Assembly: GCF_006345805.1 (NCBI RefSeq)
Contig: NC_042998.1
Span: 58,528,001-58,592,000 of the forward strand
Direction of reading: 5' to 3'
Length of the DNA: 64,000 bases
From: Octopus sinensis
Taxonomy: Eukaryota
In this document: positions 39,399 through 52,662 of the stretch, in pieces
How the letters are laid out: the number at the start of each line of letters is the position of its first letter
Numbering within the stretch: the first letter of the stretch is position 1
Program-made: the position numbers and the translations under genes
The notes under the pieces: model-generated
Seen by the model: only the letters and a program-made list of their open reading frames with translations
What the model was told of the DNA's origin: nothing
Databases searched by the model: none

Positions 39399-39800
39399 TG
39401 TCATACAAAAACTAGCCAATGCTTTTGGTGCTCAATACACAGTCATTTTCCACATCCAATGTTTTGGAGTCAATTTAATCATTTTTGGCAGCTCCAGTAC
39501 AACATTAGCATGCACTGTGAATGTACATAAACTTATTAAATTTTACTACCAATCATATTAGAAATGCATAGATCTAGTGAATTCCTGTGCCAGTGAAATT
39601 ATCTAGATATAAATCTATTTGAGACCTCTGCTAATTATATCTGATTGGCACATGTCTACTAAATTTATTGAAAATAATCTTTAATATTTATTACTTTGTT
39701 TTGGTTCAAAGATGAAGAGAAATCAAATCCTGTACTAGACAGTACTCCCACACACACACTGTATGTGTGTATGTATGTATATATATATATATATATATAT

Positions 39801-40194
39801 CCTGCTTCCTCCATCTGTGGCGATGACAGGCATTGTTCTCCCAGTCAGTTTCCTGCATATCAAAGGCCTTTAACGAGGACTTGACACAGTCCTTAAATCA
39901 CAGCCTTGGTTTCTGCCGGAGTCTCCTTCCATTCACAAGTTAAGGAGGGGATTGACACTTTTGAGAGAGCACATATCCAGCATGAAGAACTTAAGCGAGC
40001 TGCGCGAAAGCGCATGGCTCATATAGTGAATGGGGAAAGCTTGGTCTACAATGTTTGCAGTCGTGTATGCTTGTGAAGAGCAGGGCTCATTAGCCACCAA
40101 CGGAGCCGCAAATGCAAAATATAAGTTAGTCCTAGAGCGCACAATGTTCCTGAAGGTCGTCAATGGTCTTCCTTGGTCACGAGTGGACGGCCAT

Positions 40195-40200
<6 letters not shown>
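39801..40200 (+). mobile_element. RTE LINE 3' end with an inverted 5' segment
   Basis: 39801-39937 encodes on minus NGRRLRQKPRL*FKDCVKSSLKAFDMQETDWENNACHRHRWRKQ; 39939 onward encodes on plus VKEGIDTFE...VCSRVCL*RAGLISHQRS; (CAT)n tail. Confidence 0.75.
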
Positions 40201-40234
<34 letters not shown>

Positions 40235-42004
40235 TCATCATCATCATCATCATCCTCGCTAGCATGGGTTGGACGGTTCAACTGGGGTCTGGGAAGCCAG
40301 GAGGCTGCACCAAGCCCAGCCTGATCTGGCAGTGTTTCTACAGCTGGATGCCCTTCCTAACGCCAACCACTCCGTGAGTGTAATGGGTGCTTTTTATGTG
40401 CCACCAGCACAGGTGCCAGGTGAGGCTGGCAATGGCCACGATCGGTTGGTGCTTTTTACATGCCACCAGCATATATATATATATATATCAAATTAAATCC
40501 AATACAAAGAAAATCGGGACGTAAACATCCAATCTTCCACTGGGGATGTTGAAAAGTTTATGGCTTTAAGGATATCATGAAAGGGGAGAGTTGCTACCTT
40601 TACAGGGAAGGTACGACAATTATTTATATGTATGTATGTATATATGTATGTATGTATGCATGTATGTATACATATATATCATCTTCATCGTTTAATGTCC
40701 ATCTTCCATGCATGGATATGATGGTTCACAAGAGCGATCCAAGTAGAAAAACTAGCCTATGCTACTGTATCTCTTTTGGCAGGGTTATTACAGCTGGATG
40801 CCCTTCCTAACACCAACCACTCTGCAGAGTGGACCTGGTGCTTTTTATGTGGCACTAGCACAAGTGAGGTTAGTAATGGAATGATTTTTACAGCTGGAGG
40901 CCGTTCCAAATGTCAACCACTTTACAGTGTGGACTGGATGTCTTATACATGGCACCAGCACTGGCAGGGTCACTAAGTAACTTGCAAGACAAGGAATAAT
41001 GAGAGGGGCAGGGGTATTTGAGGAGGGGAACTCCTGACAGGGAATGAAAGGGTAGAGGGTAACAAAGAGACAGAGTGGCAGAAACAGGTGTCTTGCTATA
41101 ATGGAGGTGGCATTGGAGGGGGTGATCCAGTATCAGGTGATGAAAGGTTAGTGTGTGACAAAGAAATAGGGAGGCAGAAATAGGTATCTTGCTATAGAGG
41201 AAATACATGGTCACCTAGTGAGAGAGAGAAAAAGTCATGGGGGAGTAAACACACCAATACCAATTGTCAGGCAGTGATAGAGGACAGACACATGTATGTA
41301 AATATATCATCATCATCATCATCATCATCATCGTTTAACGTCCATTTTCCATGCTAGCATGGGTTGGACGGTTCAACTAGGGTCTGAGAAGCCAGGAGGC
41401 TGCACCAGGCTCCAGTCTGATCTGGCAGTGTTTCTACAGCTGGATGCCCTTCCTAACACCAACCACTCCGTGAGTGTAGTGGGTGTTTTTTACGTGCCAC
41501 CGGCACAGGGGCCAGAGGGGACTGGCAAACAGCCATGACCGGTTGGTGCTTTTACATATCACCGACACAGATGCCAGTCAGGCGGCGCTGGCATTAGCCA
41601 TGTTCTGATGGTGCTTTTTACGTGCCAGCAGCATAGGAATCTTAACTACGATTTCCATTTGATTTTTATTTTGATGTTGGTGTTGACGTACTTGACTCAA
41701 TAGGTCTCCTCGAGAACAGCCAGTCACTCTATGATTCAAGGTTAGCACAGCAGGCCATCCTGTGAGCCATGAACTCACTTCATTTGTCAGGTCTTCACAG
41801 TTACAGCATATCTCAGAGGTCTTGGTCTTCGTCATTTTCTCTGTGAGGCCCTGCGTGCCACCAGCTCGGGTATCACAACTACAGTATCCATATATATATA
41901 CATACACACACATACATGCACAGTATTGGTACTTTAAATATATATAAAAGAATTCAGCTCAGGGAATGTTTTATATAACATATTATATATGTTTACTATT
42001 TCAG

Positions 42005-42122
42005 AGAAAGATATGCGGCGTTCAGTTGACAGCCAAGGAAGTCAAACACCAGAACAAGATGAAAAATCAAAACATACTCGGTTAAGAGCTGATTCTTTTG
42101 GAGATATTTCCAGACAAGGAAT
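42005..42122 (+). CDS. PLCE1: PLC-epsilon-like exon (X-Y linker): EKDMRRSVDSQGSQTPEQDEKSKHTRLRADSFGDISRQG
   Basis: tttactatttcag acceptor, AT|GTAAGT donor; phase 1 in and phase 2 out, in frame with the exon at 46881. Confidence 0.75.
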
Positions 42123-45100
42123 GTAAGTATGAAATCATAGAGTAATATGATGTGACTATAAGCATTGTATTACCCATCTCCATAGATGATGATTTTGTTT
42201 CTACATTATTTATTTTTACTGAGATATGAATTTAGGCAGTGAAGCAACAAAATTATTAAAGTTTTAGATAAAATGAATGTGTAATGATATTTGTTCTAGC
42301 TCTCTGCACTCTGAGTTCTCTGTGAGGTCATCTATGCCTTGAATTGGAAAAGATGTTAAAACACCAGATAGAAAATGCTATACAGTACCTGTTTTGACTC
42401 TGCACTCCAAGTTCATATCCTCCCAAGGTCAACTTTCCCTTTCATCATTTTAGAATCAATAAAAACGTACTAATCAAAAGTGATGGACTGACACAAATGT
42501 AAGAACATCAGACCAGAGGCCGTGCAGTATTTGTTCCAGTTCTTGGCCTTCTGAGTTCAAACCTTGATTCCTCTTCTATCTAAAATATTTTAAAAGAATA
42601 TGTTTCATATTAAAAACCATTACATTGCAAAATATTTACTGTTTAGATATACTGGTTTCAAATTTTGGCACAAGGCCAGAAATTGCGGGAGAGGGATTTA
42701 GTCAATTACATTGACACTGTGCTCAACTGGTACTTATTTTATCAACCTTGAAAGGATGAATGGTAAAGTCAACCTCAGTGGAATTTGAACTCAGAACATA
42801 AAGACAGATGAAATGCCACCAAGTGTTTTGTCAGACATGCTAACAATTCTGCCAGCTTGCCATCTTACTGTTTTGATTATCATCATCATCATTGTTTAAC
42901 GTCCGCTTTCCATGCTAGCATGGGTTGGACGATTTGACTGAGGGCTGGCGAACCAGATGGCTGCACCAGACTCCAATCTGATCTGGCAGAGTTTCTACAG
43001 CTGGATGCCCTTCCTAATGCCAACCACTCTGAGAGTGTAGAGGGTACTTTTACGTGCTACCAGCACGAGGGCCAGTCAGGCCATACTGGCAACGGCCATG
43101 CTCAAATGGTGCTTTTTATGTGCCACCTGCACAGTTTATATGCCACCTGCATAGATATATAAGCAAATAATATTTATCTAAAAATATTTCCTACTGACAA
43201 ATAAGAACAGTCCAAAGGGAACTAGCGGTAGTACTACATGAAAAGCATTTTTCACCACAGTAGTTTCTGAGTTGGGAAATGTTCATCTGTTCCTATCAGA
43301 AGCAACAGTTATCAACCACAGACATGGCTAGTAGCTGGCATGCCTTGGTATAGGCATAGCTAAGTGGTTAAGAAGTTTACTTCACAACCTGATGTTCCTA
43401 GGTTCTGATACACTGCATAGCACTTTGGGCATTGTCTTCTACTATTACCTCAGGGCACCTTTGTGCATTGTGAATCAAGTCCCCTCTAAACCATGTGCTT
43501 CTGATCATGTGCACAGTTTACAACTTGAGTGAGCCAAGATTTAAAAAAAAGATGAATCTATACAAGTTTTACAAGATGAAATCAAGCATAAACGACTATT
43601 TGCATGGATACTTTTATATTTTTATACTTATTTTAGTCATTAGATTGCAGCCATGCTGGAGCACTGACTTGAAGAATTTGTAATCAAATGAATCAACCCC
43701 AGCAATTTTTTAAGCCTGGTACTTATTCGATCAGTCATTTTTGCCAAACTGCTAAGTCACAGGAGAATAAACACACCAACACTGATTGTGAGGCAGTGGA
43801 GGAGAACACACACACACACACACACACACACATGATGGACTTTTGGTTTCCATCTACTAAATCCACTCACAAAGCTTCGATTTGCCCAAGGCAATTGTAG
43901 AAGACATTTGCCCAAGGTGTTATGCAGTGGTACTGAGCCCAGAACAATGTGGTTGGCAAGCAAGCTTTTTACCACACAGCCACTCCTGCATGTGTACAAA
44001 CTTTGCAAAGAAAGGCAAAATTTGCACAAAAGCAAATTTTTATGCACACCCATTGCAAAATATTCGAGGGAAGCTTGCTTGTGGATGAAATTAGTAAACA
44101 AACTGTGCGGAAACCTGTTGTGAGCATGTATGTGTATGTGTGCATGTACATGAAAGTTGTCATTTCCAGTTCTCACAAAAAAGACTGAATGACCAAAAGA
44201 ACAGTACCATTATGTTTACATTCCCAGAAAACATTTTTTCTACACTCTCTTAATTATAAAGGGAAAGGGGTGAGAGGAAGGGTATCAGGCTCAAAAAAAC
44301 TGCTCAAATAAATATTTTTCAACCTATTTGAGCAGCTAGAAAACTGGCTGTCAAACAAACAAACCTAATTTTTGCAAAGAATATATATGAACTTAACCAA
44401 GCTCACAGATTTCATTGTATAATATTTTCTAGCAAGAATTACTTATATGTAAAATGCACCATCTGAACATGGTCAATGCCAGCCCCCTCTCCACCATGAC
44501 TGGCTCCTGTGCCAGTAGTGCATAAAAAGCACCATCCAAATGTGGCCAATGCCAGCGCTGCCTGACTGGCTCCAATGCCAATGGTGCATAAAAAGCACCC
44601 ACTACACTCTTGGAGTGGTTGGCATTAGGAAGGGCATCCAGCTGTAGAAACATTGCAACATCAGTATGGAGAATGGATGTTAAATGATGATGATGATGAT
44701 AACACAATGCCAGAAGTTTGGCAGGAAAGAGAAAGCCAATTCATCATGGTACCCAACTAGTACTTTATTTCATCAGCCCCAGAGGTAGAAACGCACAGTT
44801 GAGCTTGATGAGATTTGAACTCAGACTGTAAAGAACCAGAGCAAATATTAGTTTCAAATTTCAGATTTTGGCACCAGGTCAGTAATTTCAGGGAACTAGC
44901 TGTCAAGTGATGGTGGGGGACAGCCACAAATACACACACACACACATACACACACACACACACACATACACACATACACACACACGCACACATGACAGGC
45001 TGCTTTCCGTTCCCATGTACCAAATCCACTCACAAGGATTTAGTTGGTTCACGGCTATAGTAGAAAACACTTACTCAATGTGTAACACAGTGGAACTGAA

Positions 45101-46880
45101 CCTGGAACCATGTGGTTGAAAAGCAAGCTTCTTACCACAACCACATAGTAGGTGATGAAATGATTTTTATTGCAGCACCTTGAGTGAATTTTTGGTGCTC
45201 AGTGTCATTATCTTGTATGTTTATGAACTGTTGTTGCTATTGTGGTTGATCCCTAGATCAGTCTACTTTCCTTGTTGGTATGAGTGAAGCAGGCCACTTA
45301 CAGTATGAGTCAGCTCTTATTCAGACATACTGCTCACCTAGACAAGTCAGGAGGACCACATCTTCCTTTTTTTAGTTTGGTTTCTACATCATGATGTCCT
45401 TCTTTACATCAAACACTTTACAAAGTGTACTGAGTGCATTTCATTGTGGCTGTAGCACTAGAAATCTTGTCAGGCCTGCAACTCAAAGGATTTTCTTTAC
45501 AGAGCATATTGGGTACATTTTATCATAGCACCAACACTAGAAAAGTAGACCCTTTAGTCTGTTGAGAACAGCTTAAAGGGTCCTCTTGATGTCAACTACT
45601 TTATTAACTCTTTAGTGTTCAGATTACTCTGTTAAATGTAATATTTTTTCACTCAAATTGTTTTGAATTAATCATGCATTATCTTATAGCTTTGAGGTTT
45701 CAGTGACGTGATTGTTTATTTTAAGAATGTCAGTGTAGGTTAGGTGTGAGAGGTTGGATCTGGCCAGTTTGAATATAAAACATGTGGAATATCTGGGCCA
45801 GATATGGTCGGTTTAAACACTAAATGGTTAAATGTTCTGAGTGCATCTTTTGTGTCACCAACAATAGTGGGATTGCCACAAAGGTTTCAGAATCCCTAGT
45901 ACATGATAAATTGTTAATTCACTTCTGTCATCACAAACAGGAAAATAACTTGAATGGATGGAAGAAGGAGCAAAATGTGATGAAAGAAACAGAGATATAA
46001 AGGGTGATAGAATAAGTGGGAGAGTGATGAATAGAAATTGAAATGGATAAATGGTAGGAGTGGATGACAAGATGATTGGTGTAAATACCAGGAAGTTCAA
46101 GAGAAGGAGAGAGTATAGGAAGGGTAATAGTAGATATCCTTGGGAGGAGGTTGCAGAAGGAGGAGTAGTGCATGAAACAGATGAAAGGGTCAGATAGGTT
46201 CAGTGATATTCCTAGTTACACTGGGAGCATGATGTGGTGAGGTGGAGACACCTGCTCTCCTTAGTCTCACTGATAGCTGAGTACAGAGAGTGTGAAAAGA
46301 AACAAAAATGTTAAAGATATGAATGAAAGAAGCTATATTAATATTAGGGTTGTTTAAGGTGGTGAGCTGGCAGAATCATTAGCATGCCAGGTAAGATGCT
46401 TAGTGACATTTTTTCGTCTTTAAATTCTGGGTTCAAGTTCTACCAAAGTTGACTATGCCTTTCATTGATTCGGCATCAATAAAATAAATACCAGATGAGC
46501 ATTGAGGGTCAATGTAAGGGACTTACTACCTCTCCCAAACTTGCTGGCCTTGTGCCAAATTTTGAAACCAGTATTAGGCTTGTTAAATTATAAGGTTATT
46601 AATAACAAACATTTAATGACATAAGTACTACATACAAATATATCAATTTTTTCAAGAAAATGGTTAAGTATAATTTCAATGTTTTAGTTCACAAGTAAGC
46701 CAAAACTTTGAAGTCACTGTCAACCTTTTGTTTGAAAAAATAACCATATACATACTCTAATAAAAAGTATTGAGTGATACCCAAATTTAATGCTAAATTG
46801 TTGTCATATATAAGTTCACATAAAAAAAGCATAAATATAATATGTATGTGTGTATGTATATGCACACTTTTATATTTCAG

Positions 46881-47062
46881 ACCTCGAAGTTCGTCATTTG
46901 GAGAGAAGAACCGTCCTAAAACACAACCTGACCTTGATTGGCCAATTGAGGACGATATGCCTGAAGCAAAAGTCATATTGAAGTCAAAACAGAAAAAGGA
47001 CAGTCAAATCGCCAAAGAACTCTCTGATTTAGTCGTCTACACACAAGCAGTTAAATTTAGAA
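46881..47062 (+). CDS. PLCE1: PLC-epsilon-like exon, end of X-Y linker and start of Y box: ...KKDSQIAKELSDLVVYTQAVKFR
   Basis: Matches the PI-PLC Y-box start; closest to PLC-epsilon QIAPELSDLVIYCQAVKF as I recall it. Canonical ttttatatttcag / GTAAGT splice sites. Confidence 0.88.
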
Positions 47063-48374
47063 GTAAGTCTTTATATTTCCTTATTGATGTACTGAGAGTG
47101 GTGTAAATATTTGATTCTTAAAATTGAGATTGTTGTTGACGTTATCTAACACCAGGTCATCCATGGCTGAGCAGACCTATTATTAAAGGTTTGACATTTC
47201 AGTCATTTACTCAGGCAGTGAGCTTGATTCCACCGTATGACACCTTGGGCAACTTTATCTACTTCCACTATGTAGTACTTTAGAGTTAGCTCAGCTAAAA
47301 TATGCTTTGAAAAACTTTGGGCTCATAAGGCCACAGATTAACCCAGTTTCCATGGCATAAAGTGACTGAGATGACAACAATCCTCCTGAATGAGATGAAA
47401 GTCCATTGCAATGTTAACTTCTCAGCTTTTACTGAAACTCACATACAGTTGAGTGGACTGGAGCAACATGAAATGATGTGCTTTGCTCAACAATGCACTA
47501 CACCAATTGGTCCATGAATCAAAGTCATGATTTAGTGATTGTTGGTGCAACACCCTAACAACCAGATCATGTGTCTTCACTGTGGCCAATTTCATTTTAT
47601 CATAGTTCCAGGATTTATGTGAACCATATGAAACTGAGAAGATGGAAATTGTGGAAGCATCTTGAACTGTCAGATTGTTCCCATAATTCATAAAGATAGC
47701 TTTGTTATATACTGTGTCACATTGAGGCTGCTTGAGGATAACATCAAGAATCCAAGAATCTGTAAAACAGCACAGAGTAGGAACGAATACAATGAGGTAT
47801 TTTATCTAACTCTCTGACAACTATGCCAATTAGTCTGTATGTCTCTGTTGCATGTGTATGCATTTGTGCATGTGCAGTGGGAAAACAGAGTGAGGTGATA
47901 TGTATGAGTGCAATAATGGTAAATTCTTGATAAAAACCATGACACAATGCAGTTTCTTAGAAAAGCACAAAATCTGCTTTTCTGCTACATTGCTTGGGAA
48001 GACACATCAAGCTAAGTTTAAAATCGTGGCCATCCATACATACAACCTGTCCTCTGTCAAAATGCCTCTGTAAGCCATCTTTTTAAGACAACACCCATCT
48101 CACTACTCATGATCGTCAACCACTGCAGGCCCCTCTACTCTGCCTCACATACCTATCCACACACTCTCTATACCCTCAACTATCTACCATATCCCTCTCC
48201 TAGCCACTCTAATTTGTCTCACCATCACTTGCTACAGTTACCTCCTTCCTATCTCTAAACATCTCCCCTCATATTTTTATGGAACATCCCCCTCTCTCTT
48301 CTCAGTACCACTTATATTCCCCCACCCACTGTTCCTTGCAAGTAGGTTCAGAGGCATCTTCAACACTATCTATT

Positions 48375-48406
<32 letters not shown>

Positions 48407-48412
48407 TCTCTT

Positions 48413-48444
<32 letters not shown>

Positions 48445-49133
48445 GCTATCTATCTTTCCTTTCTCTCCTTTCTTTACCTACTGGGATAGCCAAATATCTC
48501 CTCTAACCTAAGACACTTAACTCTATCCCTCTATGGTATGTAACTTCTCACCCGGCACAAGCTACTTGGTGACCCCTCCAGTATTGATGCCACATTAAAA
48601 GCACCCAGTACACTTTGTAAAGTGGCTGACATTAGGAAGGGCATCCTGTCATAGAAATCATTTCAAAACAAACGATGTAACAAGTGCAGCTCCATGGCCT
48701 GGTTTGGTATGGTTCCTGTCAGTTCCTGTTACACTGTCCAACTCATGCCTGCATGGAAGACAGACATTTAATGATGATGATGAGATATTAAGAAATAGGT
48801 TTATATAAATATTGATTCCAAAGTTTGGCACAAGGCCAACAATTTCAGAGAAGGGGCTAAGTGGATTACATCGAACCCTGTGCTCAACTGGTACTTATTT
48901 CATTGACCTCAAAAGGATGAAAGGCAATGCTGGCCTCAAAAGAATTTGAACTCAGTGTGTAATGACAGATGAAATACTGCTAAGTGGCTGTGTGGGAAGA
49001 AGCTTGCTTCCCAACCACATGGTTCTGGGTTCAGTGCCACTGTGTGGCACCTTGAGCAAGTGTTTTCTACTATAGCCTCAGGCTGACCAAAGCTTTGTGA
49101 ATGGATTTGGTAGATGGAAACTGAAAGCCTATC

Positions 49134-49178
<45 letters not shown>

Positions 49179-49189
49179 TGTACATGAAA

Positions 49190-50165
49190 CATGGACCGTG
49201 ACTGCTGAGGACATGTGTAAGCTTGCAAGGAATGAAGCCAGTATGATCTGATGGATGTGTAATGTCAGTGTGCATACACGACAGAGTGTAAGTACCTTGA
49301 GAGAAAAGTTGAACCTAAGAAGCATCAGATGTGGTGTGCAAGAGAGACGACTGCACTGGTATGGTTATGTGGTGAGAATGGAAGAGGATAGCTGTGTGAA
49401 AAAGTGTCACACTCTAGCAGTTGATGAAACATGTGGAAGAGGTAGACCCAGGAAGACCTGGGATGAGGTGGTGAAGCATGACTTTCGAAAATTAGGCCTC
49501 GCCAAGGCAATGATGAGTAACCAAGACCTTTGGAAATATGCTGTGCTTGAGAAGACCCAGCAAGTCAAGTGAGACCATAACCCATGGCCTATGCCAAAGG
49601 TGTAACCAGCCCACTTATGCATACTTTTCTTTCATTGGACACTAAACTCTGCTTATGTTGAGGCAAGTAAAATCGAAATCAAATTCACTGGCATGGCTGA
49701 TGACAGCACCGCCTGACTGGCATCCGTGCTAGTGGAATGCTAAGAGCACCATCCGAGCGTGATGTTTTCCAGGGCCATTGACTGGCTCCCGTGCTGGTGG
49801 CATGTAAAAAGCACCATTCAAGTGTGATCGTTACCAGCATTGCCTTACTGGTACTTGTGCCTGGGACACATGAAAAACAACATTCGAGCTAGGTTGTTGC
49901 CAGTTCCACTGGACTGGCTCCTGTGCAAGTGGCACGTAAAAAACACCATTTGAGTGTGGTGGCCAGTACCCCCTGACTGACCCTTGTGCCAGTGGCACAT
50001 AAAAGCATGCACTACACTCTCGGAGTGGTTGGCATTAGGAAGGGCATCCAGCTGTAGAAACTCTGCCAGATCAGATTGGAGCCTGGTGCAGCCATCTGGC
50101 TTGCCAGTCCTCAGTCAAACTGTCCAACCCATGCCAGCATGGAAAGCGGACGTCAAACAATGATG
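49190..50165 (+). mobile_element. RTE LINE 3' end (ORF2 C-terminus + 3' UTR + tail)
   Basis: LREKLNLRSIRCGVQERRLHWYGYVVRMEEDSCVKKC...GRGRPRKTWDE; tail at ~50160. Confidence 0.85.
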
Positions 50166-50179
50166 ATATATATATATAT

Positions 50180-51100
50180 ATATCATCATCATCATCATCA
50201 TCATTTAGCGTCCGTTCTCCATGCTAGCATGGGTTGGACGGTTCAACTGGGGTCTGTGAAGCTGGAAGGCTTCATCAGGCCCAGTCAGATCTGGCAGTGT
50301 TTCTACGGCTGGATGCCCTTCCTAACGCCAACCACTCCGTGAGTGTAGTGGGTGCTTTTTACGTGCCACCTGCACAGGTGCCAGACAGAGCTGGCAAACG
50401 GCCACAAACGGATGGTGCTTTTACGTGCCACCAACACGGGGGCCAGACAGAGCTGGCAAACGGCCACAAAACGGATGGTGCTTTTACGTGTCACCAGCAC
50501 GGGGGCCAGGCGAGGCTGGCAACAGACACGAACGGATGGTGCTTTTACATGTCACCGACATGGGGCCAGACAGGGCTGGCAAACGGACACGAACGGATGG
50601 TGCTTTCACATGTCACCGACATGGGGGCCAGACAGGGCTGGCAAACGGCCACGAACGGATGGTGCTTTTATGTGTCACCGGCACGGGGGCCAGACAGAGC
50701 TGGCAAACGGCCACAAACGGATGGTGCTTTTACGTGTCACCGGCACGGGGGCCAGGCCAGGCTGGCAACGAACACGAACGGATGGTGCTTTTACGTGCCA
50801 CCGACACGGGGGCCAGACAGGGCTGCCAAACGGCTACGAACGGATGGTACTTTTACGTGTCACCTGCACGGGGGCCCTGATGTTGATCGACCTCAATTTG
50901 GTTTGATCTTGATTTTGACTGTTCTCACTGGTCTTGCCGGGTTTTCTCACGCACAGCATACCTCCAAAGGTCTCGGTCACTGGTCATTTCCTTGGTGAGA
51001 CCTAAAGTTGGAAGGTCGTGCTTCACTGCCTCGACCCAGGTTTTCCTGGGTCTACCTCTTCCACAGGTCCCCTCAACTGCCAGGGTGTGGCACTTTCGCA
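50180..51100 (-). mobile_element. RTE LINE 3' end, tail-to-tail with the previous element, with an expanded UTR minisatellite
   Basis: Minus strand VRKCHTLAVEGTCGRGRPRKTWVEAVKHDL...; (CAT)n tail at ~50180-50205. Confidence 0.85.
50351..50878. repeat. ~61-63 bp minisatellite, 8 full units + 1 partial
   Basis: Unit ggtgcttttacgtgccacc..cacgggggccagacagagctggcaaacggccacaaacggat. Confidence 0.92.
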
Positions 51101-51105
51101 CACAA

Positions 51106-51138
<33 letters not shown>

Positions 51139-52149
51139 ATATATGTATATGTATGTATGTATGTATATGTGTATGTGTATGTATGTATGTATGTATGTAT
51201 GTTTACGTAACTGTAACTTAACAGTTTGGCAAAAGAGACCAATGGAATAAGTACTAGGCTTACAAAGAATAATTCCTGGAGTTGATTTGTTCAGCCAAAG
51301 CGGTGCTACAGCATGACCACAGTCAAATGACTGAAATGAGTAAAAGAGTAACTATTTTGTCTGGTGTGCTTATGATTCTGCCAGCTCACCATCTTGTTGT
51401 TTCTATGAATACTAATGCATTATTTCTTCACTTGTTGCTTAGAGAAAACAGTGGTATTGTTTTCAGTTGTGTTTATTTGTTTGACCATGAACAAGATATC
51501 TCAAGAACTGCTGGATGTATTTGGATTAAACTTCCAGGGATGTTTGTCCTCGTAACTAGGCACAAACTGATTAGATTTTGAGATTAATCTGGTCCCGGAC
51601 AAGGATTCTTGATTATTTTTTCCTGTTTTTTAACTTAGGTTTTGAGAGTTGTCAGGTTCATTTTTAGTATTCTCGTTTGTGAGAGCAATTCAGAAATTCT
51701 CATTTTAAAAATCATATCTGCCTAATTGTTGAGAGGATGTGGGCGTTGCCTTGGAGGGGGTTTGCACTCTCTGAATGCTCTTGTTGATAATTTGAAATTG
51801 TTGCAAATTCAGCTTGAAACACATTGTACATATCACTAACAACTGATGAATGCAATGTATTGCATATATCTTATTGCAGCAATCAACCAGGCATTCAACA
51901 TTGAAGCTGTCAATGTGCAACTGTCACTGTTACATAACATGTGTTGCAATTTCTTTGTTGCAAGTGTCACATTGTACCTGAAAGGATGATGTGTTCAAAA
52001 GATGGTTGAATGAAACTGGTTGAATGGACGTGGTGGTGGTAGTGGTGATGGTGGGGGTGGAGTGACAATGTTTACAGTGTTGATGATGATCAGTATGCTG
52101 GGTTTCATTTCTGTTGATGGCCGTTTATAACAAGGATGATGATGTTTGC

Positions 52150-52352
52150 TCCTTCTTGAGCCATACCTGGCTCATAAGGGCCAGTTTCTTGGTTTCCTTG
52201 GCATATAGGTTCCCCACTGGACGACGCCAGTCCATCACAGATGAGCTTAGGTGTTTCGCTCATAAACACACACATCGCCCAGTCTGAGATTCGAACATGC
52301 GATCCCTTGATCGCGAGTCCACTGCTGTAACCACTAGGCCATGTGCCTCCAC
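52150..52352 (-). mobile_element. tRNA-SINE with a V-domain-like core
   Basis: Head gtggaggcacatggcctagtggtt...gttcgaatctc, then ctgtgatggactggcgtcgtccagtgggg, resembling the V-SINE core (from recall). Confidence 0.5.
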
Positions 52353-52627
52353 AAGGATGATGATAAAGATCTCAAATTTTGGCACAAGGCCAGCCATTAC
52401 GGATGAGGAGCAAAGTCGATCACCTCGACCCCAGTGCTCAACTGTTATATATTTTAGCAACCCCAGAACGATGAAAGGCAAAGTTGACCTCGACGGAATT
52501 TGAACTCAGAATGTAATGACGTATGAAATGCTGCTAAGCAATTTCCCCAGTATGCTAATGATTCTGCCAGCTCTCACCCCCATAGAAAACAAAGATGATA
52601 ATAACAGCAGTCATAATGACATTGACT

Positions 52628-52662
<35 letters not shown>

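Noticed and set aside
50234-50998. CRISPR-like array or repeat protein ORFs
   Set aside because: Contiguous tandem units without unique spacers, inside an RTE 3' UTR in eukaryotic DNA; the ORFs are open in several frames because of the repeat.
51843-51870. Other CTGATGA/CTGAAGA hits (also ~26538, ~34690, ~57945)
   Set aside because: No GAAA or stem III/I geometry.
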